Below are positions 31,942 through 32,000 of a stretch of 32,000 nucleotides of DNA, one piece after another. The DNA lies in the NCBI GenBank assembly GCA_025839675.1, contig CP104013.1, forward strand, positions 4,800,001-4,832,000. The letters run 5' to 3'. A model generated the notes under the pieces. That model searched no databases. It was not told where the DNA came from and worked only from the letters and a program-made list of their open reading frames with translations. The stretch's first letter is position 1; the number at the start of each line of letters is the position of its first letter. A program made the translations under genes and the position numbers. This DNA is from Candidatus Lokiarchaeum ossiferum (GTDB lineage Archaea; Asgardarchaeota; Lokiarchaeia; Sigyniarchaeales; Promethearchaeaceae).

Positions 31942-32000
31942 GTGACGTTCATAGTAAGGATATTAATCCTTGAAGATCGAGAAGATGATTACGTATTAAT
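31942..32000 (+). CDS. possible N-terminus of a response-regulator receiver protein (runs off the window end)
   Basis: GTG at 31942 follows an in-frame stop at 31921-31923 and reads (M)TFIVRILILEDREDDYVL..., resembling the beta1 strand plus acidic pocket of CheY-like receivers. Only 19 codons are visible. Confidence 0.2.
   Translation, partial: MTFIVRILILEDREDDYVL

Noticed and set aside
1-32000. Mobile elements, prophage, tRNA/rRNA genes and CRISPR arrays.
   Set aside because: I saw no transposase, integrase or phage-like ORFs, no terminal inverted or direct repeats, no GC-rich structured-RNA islands and no regularly spaced repeats. A tRNAscan/Infernal run would be needed to exclude small ncRNAs formally.

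Overview
AT-rich (roughly one-third G+C by eye), gene-dense, intron-free archaeal chromosomal segment. Archaeal markers are a Sm-like protein/ribosomal protein L37e gene pair, a SepF-like protein and a PUA/MCT-1-like protein. They lie near two tandem Rag/Gtr-like small GTPases, which suggests an Asgard (Loki-like) archaeon; this is inference only. Other genes: feoA-feoB iron uptake, a radical-SAM + DUF4130 'putative DNA modification/repair' pair, a carboxylesterase-type alpha/beta hydrolase, a secreted zinc phospholipase C/P1-nuclease-fold protein, a stand-alone gamma-class N6-adenine DNA methyltransferase, UDP-glucose 6-dehydrogenase, a VIT1/CCC1-like membrane protein and a DUF47/PhoU-like protein. 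The dominant feature is a 14.1 kb minus-strand operon (44% of the window) of two giant predicted surface proteins separated by 3 nt. The first is 2078 aa, with about 26 thrombospondin-type-3-like Ca2+ repeats and about 850 aa of unassignable sequence. The second is 2629 aa, built from FG-GAP/integrin-alpha-like and PQQ-like propeller repeats with discoidin-like and BNR-like inserts. Both have a signal peptide and a C-terminal TM anchor. I rank this operon and the tandem Rag-like GTPase pair as the best candidates for undescribed biology. I saw no rRNA, tRNA, CRISPR array, transposase or integrase. All family assignments come from motif reading by eye and need profile searches to confirm.
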